Part shown: positions 12,843-24,699 of the stretch, in pieces
Position numbering within the stretch: position 1 is the first letter of the stretch
How the letters are laid out: each line of letters begins with the position of its first letter
Assembly (NCBI GenBank): GCA_013239625.1
Contig: MU054212.1
Span: 5,242,270 to 5,306,269, forward strand
Direction of reading: 5' to 3'
DNA length: 64,000 bases
DNA from: Lama guanicoe
Taxonomy: Eukaryota
The notes under the pieces: model-generated
Told to the model about the DNA's origin: nothing
The model's input: only the letters and a program-made list of their open reading frames with translations
Databases searched by the model: none
Position numbers and translations under genes: made by a program

Positions 12843-13812
12843 ATGTCATATGCTTTCGTGATAAAAATGATGGAGTGATATGTATGTGTGTGTGTGTGTA
12901 TTCTTACTCAGAGTGTTCATCATCCTGAAAAATTATTAACAAAGCTTTTCTGTTTTATAAAGTTCAAGGCTGGGCTATGAGTTAGGGTAAATATAAATTT
13001 AGTCCTCTTATCTCCATAATACACACAAGTTGAGGGTTTGTCAATATTCCAGTAGAGTCTTTTGAACATTTATCAGTCAGCATTGGCAGTTTTGACAGGC
13101 TAACTACTTGCTGAATACCAAATGCAGAAGCTCTAAGCCATCATTTTTAGACAGGTTACTACTCTGATATGATTATTATTTACGGTAACTTCCTCCATAT
13201 ATTTAATTCAGACTCTCCACCATCTCAGTTGTGAAGTGCTTTGGTGCAAATTTTACCTGTATGCACTATATGTAATAGTAATGATTTTAATAAGTAGATC
13301 TTTGTAGTCAAACGATATTTGATTATTTTTAATACATCAAGGTATGAGAGGCACCACAGCCCATTTATGTTAATGTCATATTAATGCTTTAACATTTCAA
13401 ATGGAAGCTTTTACAGAATTTGATGATGATCTTAAATTATTTCTCCAAAATCCTTTTCAAAGTTCATTATAAACCAAAATCCAAATAATGTCCAGCTTTT
13501 TTAATAATGAAGGGATATGGTTTGTTTTTTTTTTTTTTGGTCTAAGAATAGAAAAAGCTTACAGCAACTTCTATTGAAAAGAGAGTTGTAGAAAAATAGA
13601 CAAGAGAACTGCAGACACACATACACACATACACAGAATGGAACTATTTCTACATCATTACATATGCATAGGCTTGATTCACCCTTGTTATGAGTTTGTA
13701 TTCTTAAGCAAAAGATGAGAATAAACTCATCAGCTAGCAAAAAAGTGCATTTGCATGATATCAAGTCCTATAACTCATTAGAGTTTTTCTAATCAACTCA
13801 TCTGAATAAGAT

Positions 13813-13851
<39 letters not shown>
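13813..13851 (+). repeat. (ATG)13 trinucleotide microsatellite
   Basis: Perfect ATG repeat, read directly. Confidence 0.97.
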
Positions 13852-13853
<2 letters not shown>

Positions 13854-14749
13854 AATGAAGATATAAGAGAGCAATAACTATTTTTGCATAGCAAGGCTAG
13901 TCTATAAGAGTACAGTCCAATTAGATGGAACGGAAACATTTACCCCATATGATTTATTTATCTACACAGCTGCACGATGTCGATGAGAATCAGAAATGCC
14001 AATTTTATTGTTTCTTCACAATTTTAGGACTGCCTCTGGTGACTGGAACCCCAGTCTGATTTTCCTTCAAGAAGCTAGGATGAAATGTACTCAAGAATAC
14101 AGTGAAAACACAATGGAGGGTTTCTCAGCAGAATTCAGAACTATATTCATTTATGAATAACTGTATACTAAAATTATATTGATATCTTTTATAAAGGAGG
14201 AAAGAAAAAAGCTAATTAATGAAAAACTATACTCAAAACAATAACAAATGTTCCTAATAAAAATCAGTATGAATTACTAGACTATGCAATGAAAAACGTT
14301 TAAAAAATATATAGTTGCATGGAAAGTATATACAAAATTTTTTGGAAAGATACCTCTATTTAAATCAGTATCAATTGCCATGCTTTAAAACCAGAAGTCT
14401 ACAAGATTCTAAGTATTTGAAATAGAAAATTATGATAAACATCTACATCACAATGATCACTCAGATTCTAAGTCTATGCTATGTCTTATTATATTAACAC
14501 TAAGTTTAATGAACAGGCAAAAGAATAAACTAATTTGAATAAGTAGACAGAAGCAGTTATGTTTTTCTTTTTTAAAAGCATAGTCGTGTTTACCTTATTA
14601 TCTCCTCCCCCTCAAAAGGAAGCAATAAATACAGCGATTTGCGTGGGTAGACAGGTAGGAGGATGATAGAATGGGTGAGGAGGAAGAGTTGAGGTGGACT
14701 GCCAGCTCAACTGGTAGAGTTATTATTTTTAGCTATTGTAAATATACTT

Positions 14750-15990
14750 CTTTTAATTATTTATATTGAGATGATTATTAATTTACCTGCAGCTGTATGA
14801 AATAGTACTGAGTTTCTATGTACTCTTTACCTAGTTATCCCCAGTGAGATCTCCTACAAAACTGTAGTGTGATATCATAACCAGGATAAGGACATTGATA
14901 AAGTTGAGATAAGAACAGTTACATCACCATAAGGATTCTTGTGTCACTGTTTCATAGTAGCCACATCCAACTCATGTACCATAGTTTCTAACCTCTGGCA
15001 ACCACTAATATGTTCTGCATTTCTATAATTTTGCCATTTCATGAATATTCTATAGATAAAATCGTGGAATAAACACAACTTTATCATGGTATACTATCTT
15101 TTTTATAATTTTCTGTATTTTCTAACACTTTGTTTAAGGTATTTATGTTCAGAAGTGGTATAGGTCTGTAATTTTTATTTTTTTATTGGTTCTTATTTGA
15201 TTTTGATTTTGAAATGAAGGTTTTATTATTTTCATAAAATACTTTGGAAGTGCTTTCTAATTTTCTCTACTCTAAAAAAGGTTGTATAAATTGAACTTAC
15301 CTGTTTATTTAATACTTAGTAGAACTCTCTAAAACCATTTAGGGAACACTAAAATTTAGATGTGCTTTCTTTAATGGTTATGATTCTTTTGGGTTTTCTA
15401 TTTCTCCTACAGTCAATTCTGATATATTTCATATTTCTACAAATATAATTCTCCAAATAATTTTCAACATTTATTGGCATTAAAATATCCATTAGTTCCT
15501 CTTATTAACTATAAAACTTTGCATTTTGATATAACACACATGCAGAAAAGTATATAAAACATAAAATATAGTTTAATAATTTCTCAACAAATAAACACTT
15601 GTATATAAATATAACCCACATAAAAATAAAGAACATTTCCACCACCTCAGAAGCCCAACACATACTACTTAACTTGCTAAATCCGCCTTCATAGAAAAGT
15701 TTATTACTCTGAATTTTATGATAATCAGTTATTTTTTTCCCTTACACACTTAATACCTAATTAAGAATTATTAATCATTATAGTTTAGTGATGCCTATTT
15801 TTGAGCTTTATATAAATGTGTTCATACTGTATTGTTCATCTCTGGCTTCTTCTGTTCAATATTACTTTTGGACAATTTAATTGTATTTTGGAGTACTGTA
15901 GTATTTTATTCATTTTTGATTCTATACAGGAGCCCATTGTATGATTTTGGATAATTTATCAATTCAAATATTGATCACAGTTTGATGGTT
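14750..15990 (-). mobile_element. Cluster of ancient antisense L1 fragments (L1MC-type 3' UTR at about 14750-15065; further L1M/L1ME pieces to about 15990)
   Basis: CTAACCTCTGGCAACCACTAATATGTTCTGCATTTCTATAATTTTGCCATTTC and TTTTTGAGCTTTATATAAATG are typical antisense L1 3' motifs; the strand is T-rich. Confidence 0.7.
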
Positions 15991-16693
15991 TATTTTTCAC
16001 AGTAATTGACTATTTTGTGTCAAGAATTAAGTTGATTCCTAATTTGGTCACTTACTAGTTGTTTGGCTTTAATTGGTCACATAATTTTTCTAAGTTATTC
16101 TGTAAAATTTGAAAGCAACACTTATTTCAGTTCATATTGATTAAGTAAGTACTCATAATGTAAAATAATCTTCCTTTCCATTATTATAATGTAGTATCCT
16201 CCTTTATGTACTCATTAATAAAGTATATCATCTTTTGAAGAATTTTAGAGTATTTTCTCCCTATAATCTAACTTTTAAAATATATGTATTAATATAATGT
16301 TTGGTGCATAAAGCAATCTGGAATATAATATAATCCTCACCTATCTCCATTTTAAGTATAATTTTTCAAATGACTGCAAAATAAACCACACTTTTTTTTC
16401 CATGACTTTTCAGTTTTGCTAGAATATGAAAATTAAATGCTTTAAAATATGTTTTCTCCTTTGGAGTCTCCAGATACACAAATTTTCAAATCTTTTCTCA
16501 GTTTTTGTAATCTATTTTTCTATAATTAATTTTACATATCTAACTCTGAACAGTTTTCCTTTCTTTGGGAGTCCCTATGTGCCTGAAAATCTCTGTCAGT
16601 CCACTTCTTCTCAGTCACACAAAACAGACATGTAATCAGTAAAAATGCTATACAGTCTATGTAAATGCCGCTTCAAGACTAGTGTTCCAGGTC

Positions 16694-16822
16694 TAGAGTG
16701 ACCACATAACTCAGTTTGCCTGGTATAATGCCCAGTTATATCTGTTGTCCTAGGGTTATTATTAATAGCCCTTTTATTACCCAAATTTCCCAGTTTGAGC
16801 AATAAATTACAGGGTTTCCCTA
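16694..16822. mobile_element. MER94/MER81-like hAT-Blackjack MITE
   Basis: About 130 bp, with decayed TIRs TAGAGTGACC...GGGTTTCCCTA and internal CCCAGTTTG motifs. Confidence 0.65.
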
Positions 16823-17479
16823 GCTCTTCCTCCTTCTGACTAATTTGCTAGTGGAAACCTACAATTTCACTGCTAAGGTGAAATGGCTCCTTTTTCCTAT
16901 GTTGCTGACAGATTTAAACAGGTCCTCTTGCTGTATGAAATAAGTCTGGAGTAATAATTGTTATATATATTCTAACACATTAAGAAATAATTAAGTTCTT
17001 CAAGAATATTATGAGATAGGTCAGTAGGTGTTATTAATTTGCATTATCCATGTTAAAAAGAAAAAAAAAAAAACGAGTCACAGAGGAGCTGAGTGACTAT
17101 TGCCCTAGTTCAAAGTAAAAGAAAACTCAAATCCTGAGTCCTGATTTTTCGTTCATTGCTCTTTCTACTAAAGATCAAGCAGCAAATATAACATTTGGAA
17201 ATAATTGGCTGAAAGAATAGGCATTGTGCAGATTTGGGGTGAAAGCTACTCTCAAAGAAAAAAGGAAAAATATTCTCACTCATAAATCCTAGTTGCATAA
17301 ATTATATTTGGTAGGACAAAAAGAATTATCAGTACTTTTTCGTTTCCTGTACCTCATGCCGTAATGAAAGACGTGTATCCCCCTATTATGCTTCTTTGGG
17401 TTCCAGGGTTAGTATATGATACTCTTGAGAGTATTGCACCCATCAGTACAGTGCACGATGTGAAAGATTGCCAGCTTTA

Positions 17480-18451
17480 AACAGGCCCTAAAGAAGAAAT
17501 GGGTTAGAGAACACACCCCAGTGTTGCTTAGCAACTTCCTCAGGAGCTTCCTGGGTGAAATCTGCTCACTTGGGACTGAGACCAAGGATTGCCTTTATGC
17601 TGTTTTACTGTGCCCCCTACTTCCTGCTTCTGAGGTCTGTACATGATAAATCTCGTGACTCTCATTCCTTTATGTGGATGTCTGAAAACTGCACCTTCAA
17701 TCAAAACAACCCCATGGTTTTTTTTCCCCAAAGGAGGAGCTCAGATGCTGAGGAAGATCCTGCCAACCCTGTGTGGGTGGCTGGTGCCCCCTCATTTGTC
17801 AAGTCACACTCTGCATATTCTTAATTCAATACACCAGCTCCAGCTTCTCAACACATTTGGTTTGGTTTATAAAGTTAAGCAACAAGTGGACACTAGCTGC
17901 ACTACAGCCTCACACATGGTTGACCTTAAAATTAAGCTGTGAAGAAAAATTCTCTCTAACAGTAGAGTTTAGGAGGTGCAGTTGTTTTCCATTTTGTGTG
18001 GAAAGAGAAGTGGCCTGGCTTATTGGCAGTGAGGAATGGTCTGGTCAGAAGTCTGGCAGGACACAAATTGGGAGAACAGACAAGAAGGTCTTGGGGTAGA
18101 AAAAAGTAGAGGGACATGTGGAAATGGGAGGAGGAGAATGTGAAAATTTCTGTACCACATGTTAATGCCTACCAGAAATCATTTTTCATGGAAAAATCAC
18201 TGAACAACCACATAGACAGAATGGCTCAATCATTCGAAGTTACCTAGCCTCTGTCATTGGCCACCATATTGCTGGAACAATGAAGTATGAACAGAGTGAT
18301 CACAGTGAGAGATGGAGACTATGCATGAGTCCACAGCCATGAGATCTTACTTGATGTAGCTACTATGGTGGGCAAAGGTCCAGCCTGCCAGCAACAAGGA
18401 CCTGTGATGAGCCCTATAAAGAAGCGAAGCTGGGTAGCACAAGGTGTGAAT
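17480..18451 (+). mobile_element. ERV-L internal fragment (ERV3-16A3_I-like; RNase H region plus polypurine tract)
   Basis: Peptide KWTLAALQP (about 17884, in ORF 17773..18099) and HVNAYQK-like sequence (about 18157) match the ERV-L RNase H region. Purine-rich AAGGTGTGAA lies directly before the LTR. Confidence 0.72.
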
Positions 18452-18909
18452 TATAGTGGACATGGAATACCTTATCTAGATTCTCTTTCAAGAAAGGATC
18501 TGTTGCCCTAGATGAACGGAGTGCTGACAGAGATAGCCTCCAACCATCACTAACTTCAGGAATAATTTCAGTTGCAGAGAACAGCTTTCTTCATCACCCC
18601 ACCACTATAAATACCAAATCCTCTGTCTTATCACACCCTCACTGAGTGACCCAGATCCAATAAATGTGATTATAAAGGCCCATCCATTTCTTCCTAGTGA
18701 AGAACAATTTTGACAGTCAGTTTTAGCTCCAGATCGCCCCATGATCTTGGCCAAAATTATTGTTGGGTTTGCATTGCAAGTTATCTGTCCAGTCCTGCTT
18801 CCTTCCCATTCCTTCCACAATGGTTGATTCCAAGGACACTCCTCAATAAACACCCTGCAAACTAAATTCCATCTAAGAATCTGCTTCCTAGAGATACCAA
18901 CATACTACA
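18452..18909 (+). mobile_element. LTR16-family ERV-L LTR (3' LTR of the preceding internal fragment)
   Basis: Ends CTCAATAAACACCCTGCAAACTAAATTCCATCTAAGAATCTGCTTCCTAGAGATACCAACATACTACA, the LTR16-type 3' end. Confidence 0.78.
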
Positions 18910-21539
18910 AGGGTACAATGAGGAGACTATACAATTTGGAGACCTGCAGAGTAGAGTTTACAATCCACCGGCTCCCCATACTGTGGACAAGTTAGTTAAC
19001 CCTTGTAGACCTTGGTTTCCACATATAACACTTTCTATCATGCATTTTTTTTGAAACAAAATAGTAACTCCATTCTATGCATTGTGATATAGGAGGAATT
19101 GTCTCAGTTGTCTCCAATTTTGGATTGAATCTCAAGTATTGCACTTATGACCATCTTGCTTAAATATGTTTGCACATATACAATGTATTGGAGTTTAACT
19201 AATTCCTTATACTCTTTAGGACATACTACTGATGTAATATTTTTAAAGCATTCATATAAAGTGGCTATGCCTTGAGCCGCCTTCTCTCATGGCTGTGTGA
19301 TAAAAATCCAGCACAGAAGAAACTTTCTTATCTTTTCAGTAAATTGATTTACACATAAGCTAAAAAAGAGAAGGAAAATAATGAGTGGAAGTATTTACAA
19401 TTCAAATACTGTCATCCAAATACATATTAAAATAAATGACTTTCAAGTAATGTTAATGAACCAAAAGTAATTCAGTTACACAAGTTGAAAGGCTGGAATA
19501 TTCATATCAATTATTGATGAGTTCTACACTTCAAACTAAGTTGTTTCATTAAGTTAAGAGACAAAAGCTAGTATCATCTTTTAGCTAGACTAAATTGGCT
19601 TTCATTATCCTCAGAGTACCCAGACGTGCAAATAACTTGTAGTTTCAGGGTGCAATCATCTTAAAGGATTTTGTTTAAAATTTTTCCTTCTTTTGAATTC
19701 GTGCCAATTTATGTCTGTATCACTCCTTTGTTGACTAATCAGATGACATTAACTACTGTCGACTGGTTTTTGTTTTTGTTTTTTCAGTCTTTCTATTATT
19801 ATTTAACTTGTCATGTATTTAGCCTTTATCTTCCAGGCAAAATTGTAAGCTTACTGAAGACAAAGGCAGAATTTTATATTTCCTTGATTATAATGCTATA
19901 CACAATAACACAATTACTTTTTTGAAAGAAAATCTTATCTTGATTTTACTCATGGTTGGTCATAATTAGTTGAGATATTAGTCTTCGACATCTGAAGTAA
20001 AACATGCCCATATATGATTAACCAGATTTTAGATTATAGAAGCAAAAATGAGGTCATAAATTCCCAGTTGGGAATAGTAAAATCAACTGACTCTTTCCTT
20101 AGTAAACCTATATTTCAAAAGATAAGATGACTCTTACTGGTGAGACTCTTCAATGGTACAGTTGATACACCACATACACATTAGAAATAAATACAAAAGT
20201 TAGATGCTGAGAGAGTGTAACGAACAGAAAATAGCATATTGATACCCTCCTACAATGGAAGAGACATAAAATCTCATAAATACTGAAAAAAAAGAAGCAG
20301 CTCTGATTTAAAAGCCCCCGTTAAGGAGGGTGTTTGTCAGATTTGAGATTTTCAGGTCATTAAGCAAAAACTAAGTAATTCTTGAAGGAAAAAATAAATA
20401 GAATGTGTCCCAAAATAAATTATAGTAATGCATTAATTTTAAAAAAGAGTAATTTAGCCTTTGAATTACAATTAAGTTGAAAATTCAGTTCTGATTTTTC
20501 CTGAAAAAAAGTATTCATGTGAAAAATATTGTCTATTAAGTAAAAGAAAACAGAGCAAAATAAAACTGATCTTTGACAAATCAAAATGATTCTGAATACA
20601 TTACTGATAAATATGATCATTCTGAAGCTTTCGTTTCAAAACTAGGATTTTAACCTTCCATTATAGCTGTTAGCATAGCGTGTTTATTGGTTGAAGAGAA
20701 CATACCTTCACATTTCCTCCATACATTCTGATTATTAAAAAATGAGTTGCTGCCTATAGGTTTTTATTTTTCTTTCTTTCCTGAAATTGAATACATTTTA
20801 GTGTTAAAACACCGTTGCAGTCCCATCACTCTGCGTATCATACTTCGGGAGGCTCCAGGAGTAAACACATCAGTGAAACGAAGGCAATATGATTACTGCC
20901 TAGAAGGTAATATTAGCATCTTGACATAAAGAATTTATTTCTACTTTAAAAAAATACATTATTATCTGTTATAGACAGCAATGTCTGAAAGTGGAGAAAT
21001 TTGAAAAGAATTTCCATTGCATTGGAACTTATACATTATCTCAGGGACTATAAAGGAGCTGACAGAGGAGGAAAGGAAGGTACATTCTTATGTGAGAAGA
21101 ATGCACAAACACAGTGATATGAGACTGCACATCACAGTATTCAGCAGATAAAGGTACAGTGACTTATCTTCAAAAGCTGGCTGTATTAACAGAGAACAGT
21201 CAGGTCATTAATGTGACCATTTTAGTTTCAGGTTTACACAGGTGGGAGCTCATGACATATTCATTGAAAATTAAATGGGAATAGAGTTGGATTATATAAC
21301 TACTGAGAGGAGAGATCCAGCCAGTGGCACACACACCTCTTTGGAAGGAGCTCCCTAAACCAGCATTTAAAATAAGAGGATGTAGTCAGATTTCCAGTCA
21401 TTTGAGAAAGGTAGAAATTTTGACTAACTTTATTTTTTTTAAGCTTGCATAAAAAAAGAATAAGCACTAAATATATAACTTCCAAACTATAAAAGAAAAA
21501 CATTTACCCATCAATAAGAATTCAGTAAAAGAAAAGTTA

Positions 21540-22290
21540 AAGGAAAGTTAAAGAGAAAAATGTCAGAATAAATTGAAAATAGAAAATAATGTAGGGGAAA
21601 GAGTTCAAATAAATAAGTGATCACAGTAAATATAAAGTAACCTAAGTTGCCAGTTAAAAGACAGATATTCTAACATTGACTCTTAAAAGGAATAGCAATA
21701 TAATTAAAAAAAAATAAACAATATACAATGATAAAAAAATGTTGAAAACAAAATACGAGAACGAATATATCAGGACAAAATCAACCTAAAAATGCACTGT
21801 TGGTAAGATCTTATAAAATATACTTTAGGGGATAATAGTAAGGGTATAAGAAATAAACCCTTAAATTCACCACGATTATATAAAACACTGTAACCTGGTT
21901 GAGCATAGTAATCTATTCTCAAATATATACGGAAAAAAACTGGCAGGGTTACATGTATAGATGGACATGTCCAGCATGATAAAAGCCCTTTAACATCCCC
22001 ATTTCACTAATTGATAGGTAAAGTGGACACATACGGGCAAAATTATAGGGTTTTAATAGATTTGATAGACTTAATTGACAAATTGGTTTAAAAGACATGT
22101 GTATCTATACATTAATCCTAGCAATTTACAGAATTCATACCCTTCTCAAGCATACAAGAAACGTTTATGAGAAAGTAAAGCAATCTCTAGGTCTTAAAGC
22201 AAGTCTGAAAATCTTTCCTAAATCAATCATGTAAGCCATGTTTTGTATTCCACTGTAAGTATTTTTAAATGAAATAAGAAAGAGATAACT
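21540..22290 (+). mobile_element. Ancient L1 (L1M) ORF2 5' endonuclease region, highly decayed
   Basis: GTGATCACAGTAAATATAAAGTAACCTAAGTTGCCAGTTAAAAGACAGATATT resembles the ORF2 start (ITLNVNGLNSPIKRQRL); CCTTCTCAAGCATACAAGAAACGTTT resembles FSSAHGTF. A-rich strand. Confidence 0.65.
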
Positions 22291-23399
22291 GAAATTGTAA
22301 AAAGCTGTATAAGGATAGGGTTAACTTGTAGTTGGTCTCTGACAGAGAACTGTGTTTATCCAGAAGCCTGCTACTAACTCTTGGCAAAAGCAGGGATAAT
22401 ATGTTCTAGCCAGTGATTTAAAATATGTCATATAAACTTCAATACTCCCTTGAAGTCACTCTGTAATAATTTCTCTGTATTATTTACTGAAAACATACAG
22501 ACTAAATTTTTTGCCCCTGGTTTAACGCTGTTCCCTAGCCTGGTTTTATGACGAGCGAGGCACAAAAGACCCTCAGTAAATTTGCACCTTGGCTTGCAAG
22601 TTATCTTTGTACGTATCTTGTTGGTTAACAATCTGAAGAGAGAGCCTCCTGTGCAACTGAGAAAGGACTCTGGGAGCTGTGCCTGGGGGTTGTTGGGCCT
22701 CTCTGTGTTTACCTGCTGTACTGTCACCTTTATTAAAAGCACACTGCTCAGTGAAGGCTTACAGGCCCTTTCAGTGATCCCACTTTTATTACGGCAGTTG
22801 GTGCTGTGAGCACAATGACATAAAGGAGGCACAAATGAGGTTAAATGAAGGGGAAAAGATGACAGTTATTCAGGAAAAAAGGAAACAAAAAAAAAATGAA
22901 AGGTATAAAGAAAACCTTCAGGCAATTAAACTGGGTGGAAATGTCCAGATGATTCATTAAAAATTGCCTGAAAAAGAAGGTGATCGATGAAGTAGGTGCC
23001 AAAATTTTACTGGATCACTATAAGTGAATAGATGATCCGGCTACTCCATCAACCCCTCACACTAGAAACCAGTCCTTTCAGGTCGTCTTAGGTTTGATAA
23101 ATATTAACAATCGGATAACAACCCAAAGAGAGATCTGCAGTCCCTGGGACCAGGGCTGATTAAAACGGTATGATATAGAGAAGAAAATTATGATTCTGGG
23201 AAAGGGGATGGCCATGGTGTCTTGTGCAAACTCCAGCAGGGAAATCAAGGTTGTCTGTATTAGTATGAGCAAAGTAGCCGGGGTAATGAAGATACCTTTA
23301 TAGGGATTGTTAGACACCAGTGTCCCTGGGATCAGCACCTGGGCCATACTCACAAGTAACAAAAATGAAAAAAAAAATTCCATAGATGAGTCTGATTCC

Positions 23400-23690
23400 A
23401 TTATAAAGCTATTAGAACTAACAAATGAATTCAGTAAAACTGCAGAACAAGAATCAACATACAATCAGTTGTGTTTCCTGTATACGGACAACAAACTATC
23501 TGAAGAAGTAATGAAGAAAATCCCCTTTAAAATAGCATCAAAAAAGAATAAAATATTGGGGAATAAATTTAATCAAAGAGGTGAAAGATCTGTACTTAAA
23601 ATTATAAAATGTTGATTAAATGAGAAGACAAAACAAATAGAAAGATATCCCAGTTTCATGAATTAGAAGAATTAGTATTGTTAAAATATA
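23400..23690 (+). mobile_element. L1 ORF2 fragment (post-RT region)
   Basis: KLLELTNEFSK...KIPFKIASK in ORF 23307..23615. Confidence 0.85.
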
Positions 23691-23804
23691 TTTTTAAAAT
23701 AAAAAATGGACCAAGTAACACTAAAGCTACCCCAAAGGGCACCACACCTGAGAGTAAGCCAGCATGAAATACAAGTGCATTTGACCACCTTTAAAAAAAA
23801 GATA

Positions 23805-23990
23805 AGATCGGATAAACAAGATTATACTGTATAGCACAAGGAAATATATACAAGATCTTGTGGTGGTTCACAGCGCAAAATGAATGTGACAATGAATATA
23901 TGTATGTTCGTGTATAACTGAAAAATTGTGCTCTACACTGGAATTTGACACAACATTCTAAAATGACTATAACTCAATAAAAAAATGTTT
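23805..23990 (+). mobile_element. Young camelid-type L1 3' end, 5'-truncated to about 190 bp, with TSD
   Basis: Nearly identical to the last 190 bp of the L1 at 45046-45566. Flanked by AAAAAAAGATA (23794-23804 and 23991-24001) after a TT/AAAA site. Confidence 0.9.
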
Positions 23991-24699
23991 AAAAAAAGAT
24001 AGTATCAGTTGCAAATACATATTCTAATTAAAACTAGAATTTATTTTGTGCTGATAATATAATTTCTTATATTATTTCTGAAGGCAAAATAACCATGCAT
24101 AGCAAAAGTCATAAAAATGTGCATTCTTTTGACTAACCAATTTTCATCAATCAATATTTGATTAGATAGGTCAAGAAAACAAAAGAGAATGCACAACAAA
24201 TGTCATAGAATAAGAAATGATCAAATCAATTTGCAGTTTTTCTGTCAGTAGACTGTTTATTCAAAAGCAATATGAAAGATCAACATCTTGAGCAAAGATT
24301 TTGGTCAGAGATAGTTCTGAAATGAGGCAGTTAAATATAACCTTAAATACAGACAAAAGTAGATCTTCTTAAATCTCATTAGAATCTTATTTAGAGGAAT
24401 AGATTTATAGGAATAGACCAGTGTGTCTGACCTTTATAGCAAAATATGTCATATTTAAAATACTGAAAAATTGTCTACACAATATATAATATAGGGAGTA
24501 ATCTTTTGCAGGAAGTAACCTAATTTAGGAATAAGAAAGATTTTGTTTATTTCCACAATGAAATTTTAATAACTCATCTATTTTATAAGAGCATTTAAAT
24601 AGCCTTTTAGTTAGTTCAGTTAGGGGGTTAATTAGGATAACATTATTTGCTTTATTTCCATTATTTCAATATTCAAACAGAAACTAAAAATATCTTAAA

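Noticed and set aside
14028..14160. TTTTAG acceptor followed by an open frame of about 43 codons
   Set aside because: No donor, no recognisable peptide, and the length is within chance.
23078..23464. Hydrophobic 128-aa minus-strand ORF resembling a membrane protein
   Set aside because: The N-terminal part is antisense L1, and there are no GPCR or other family motifs.
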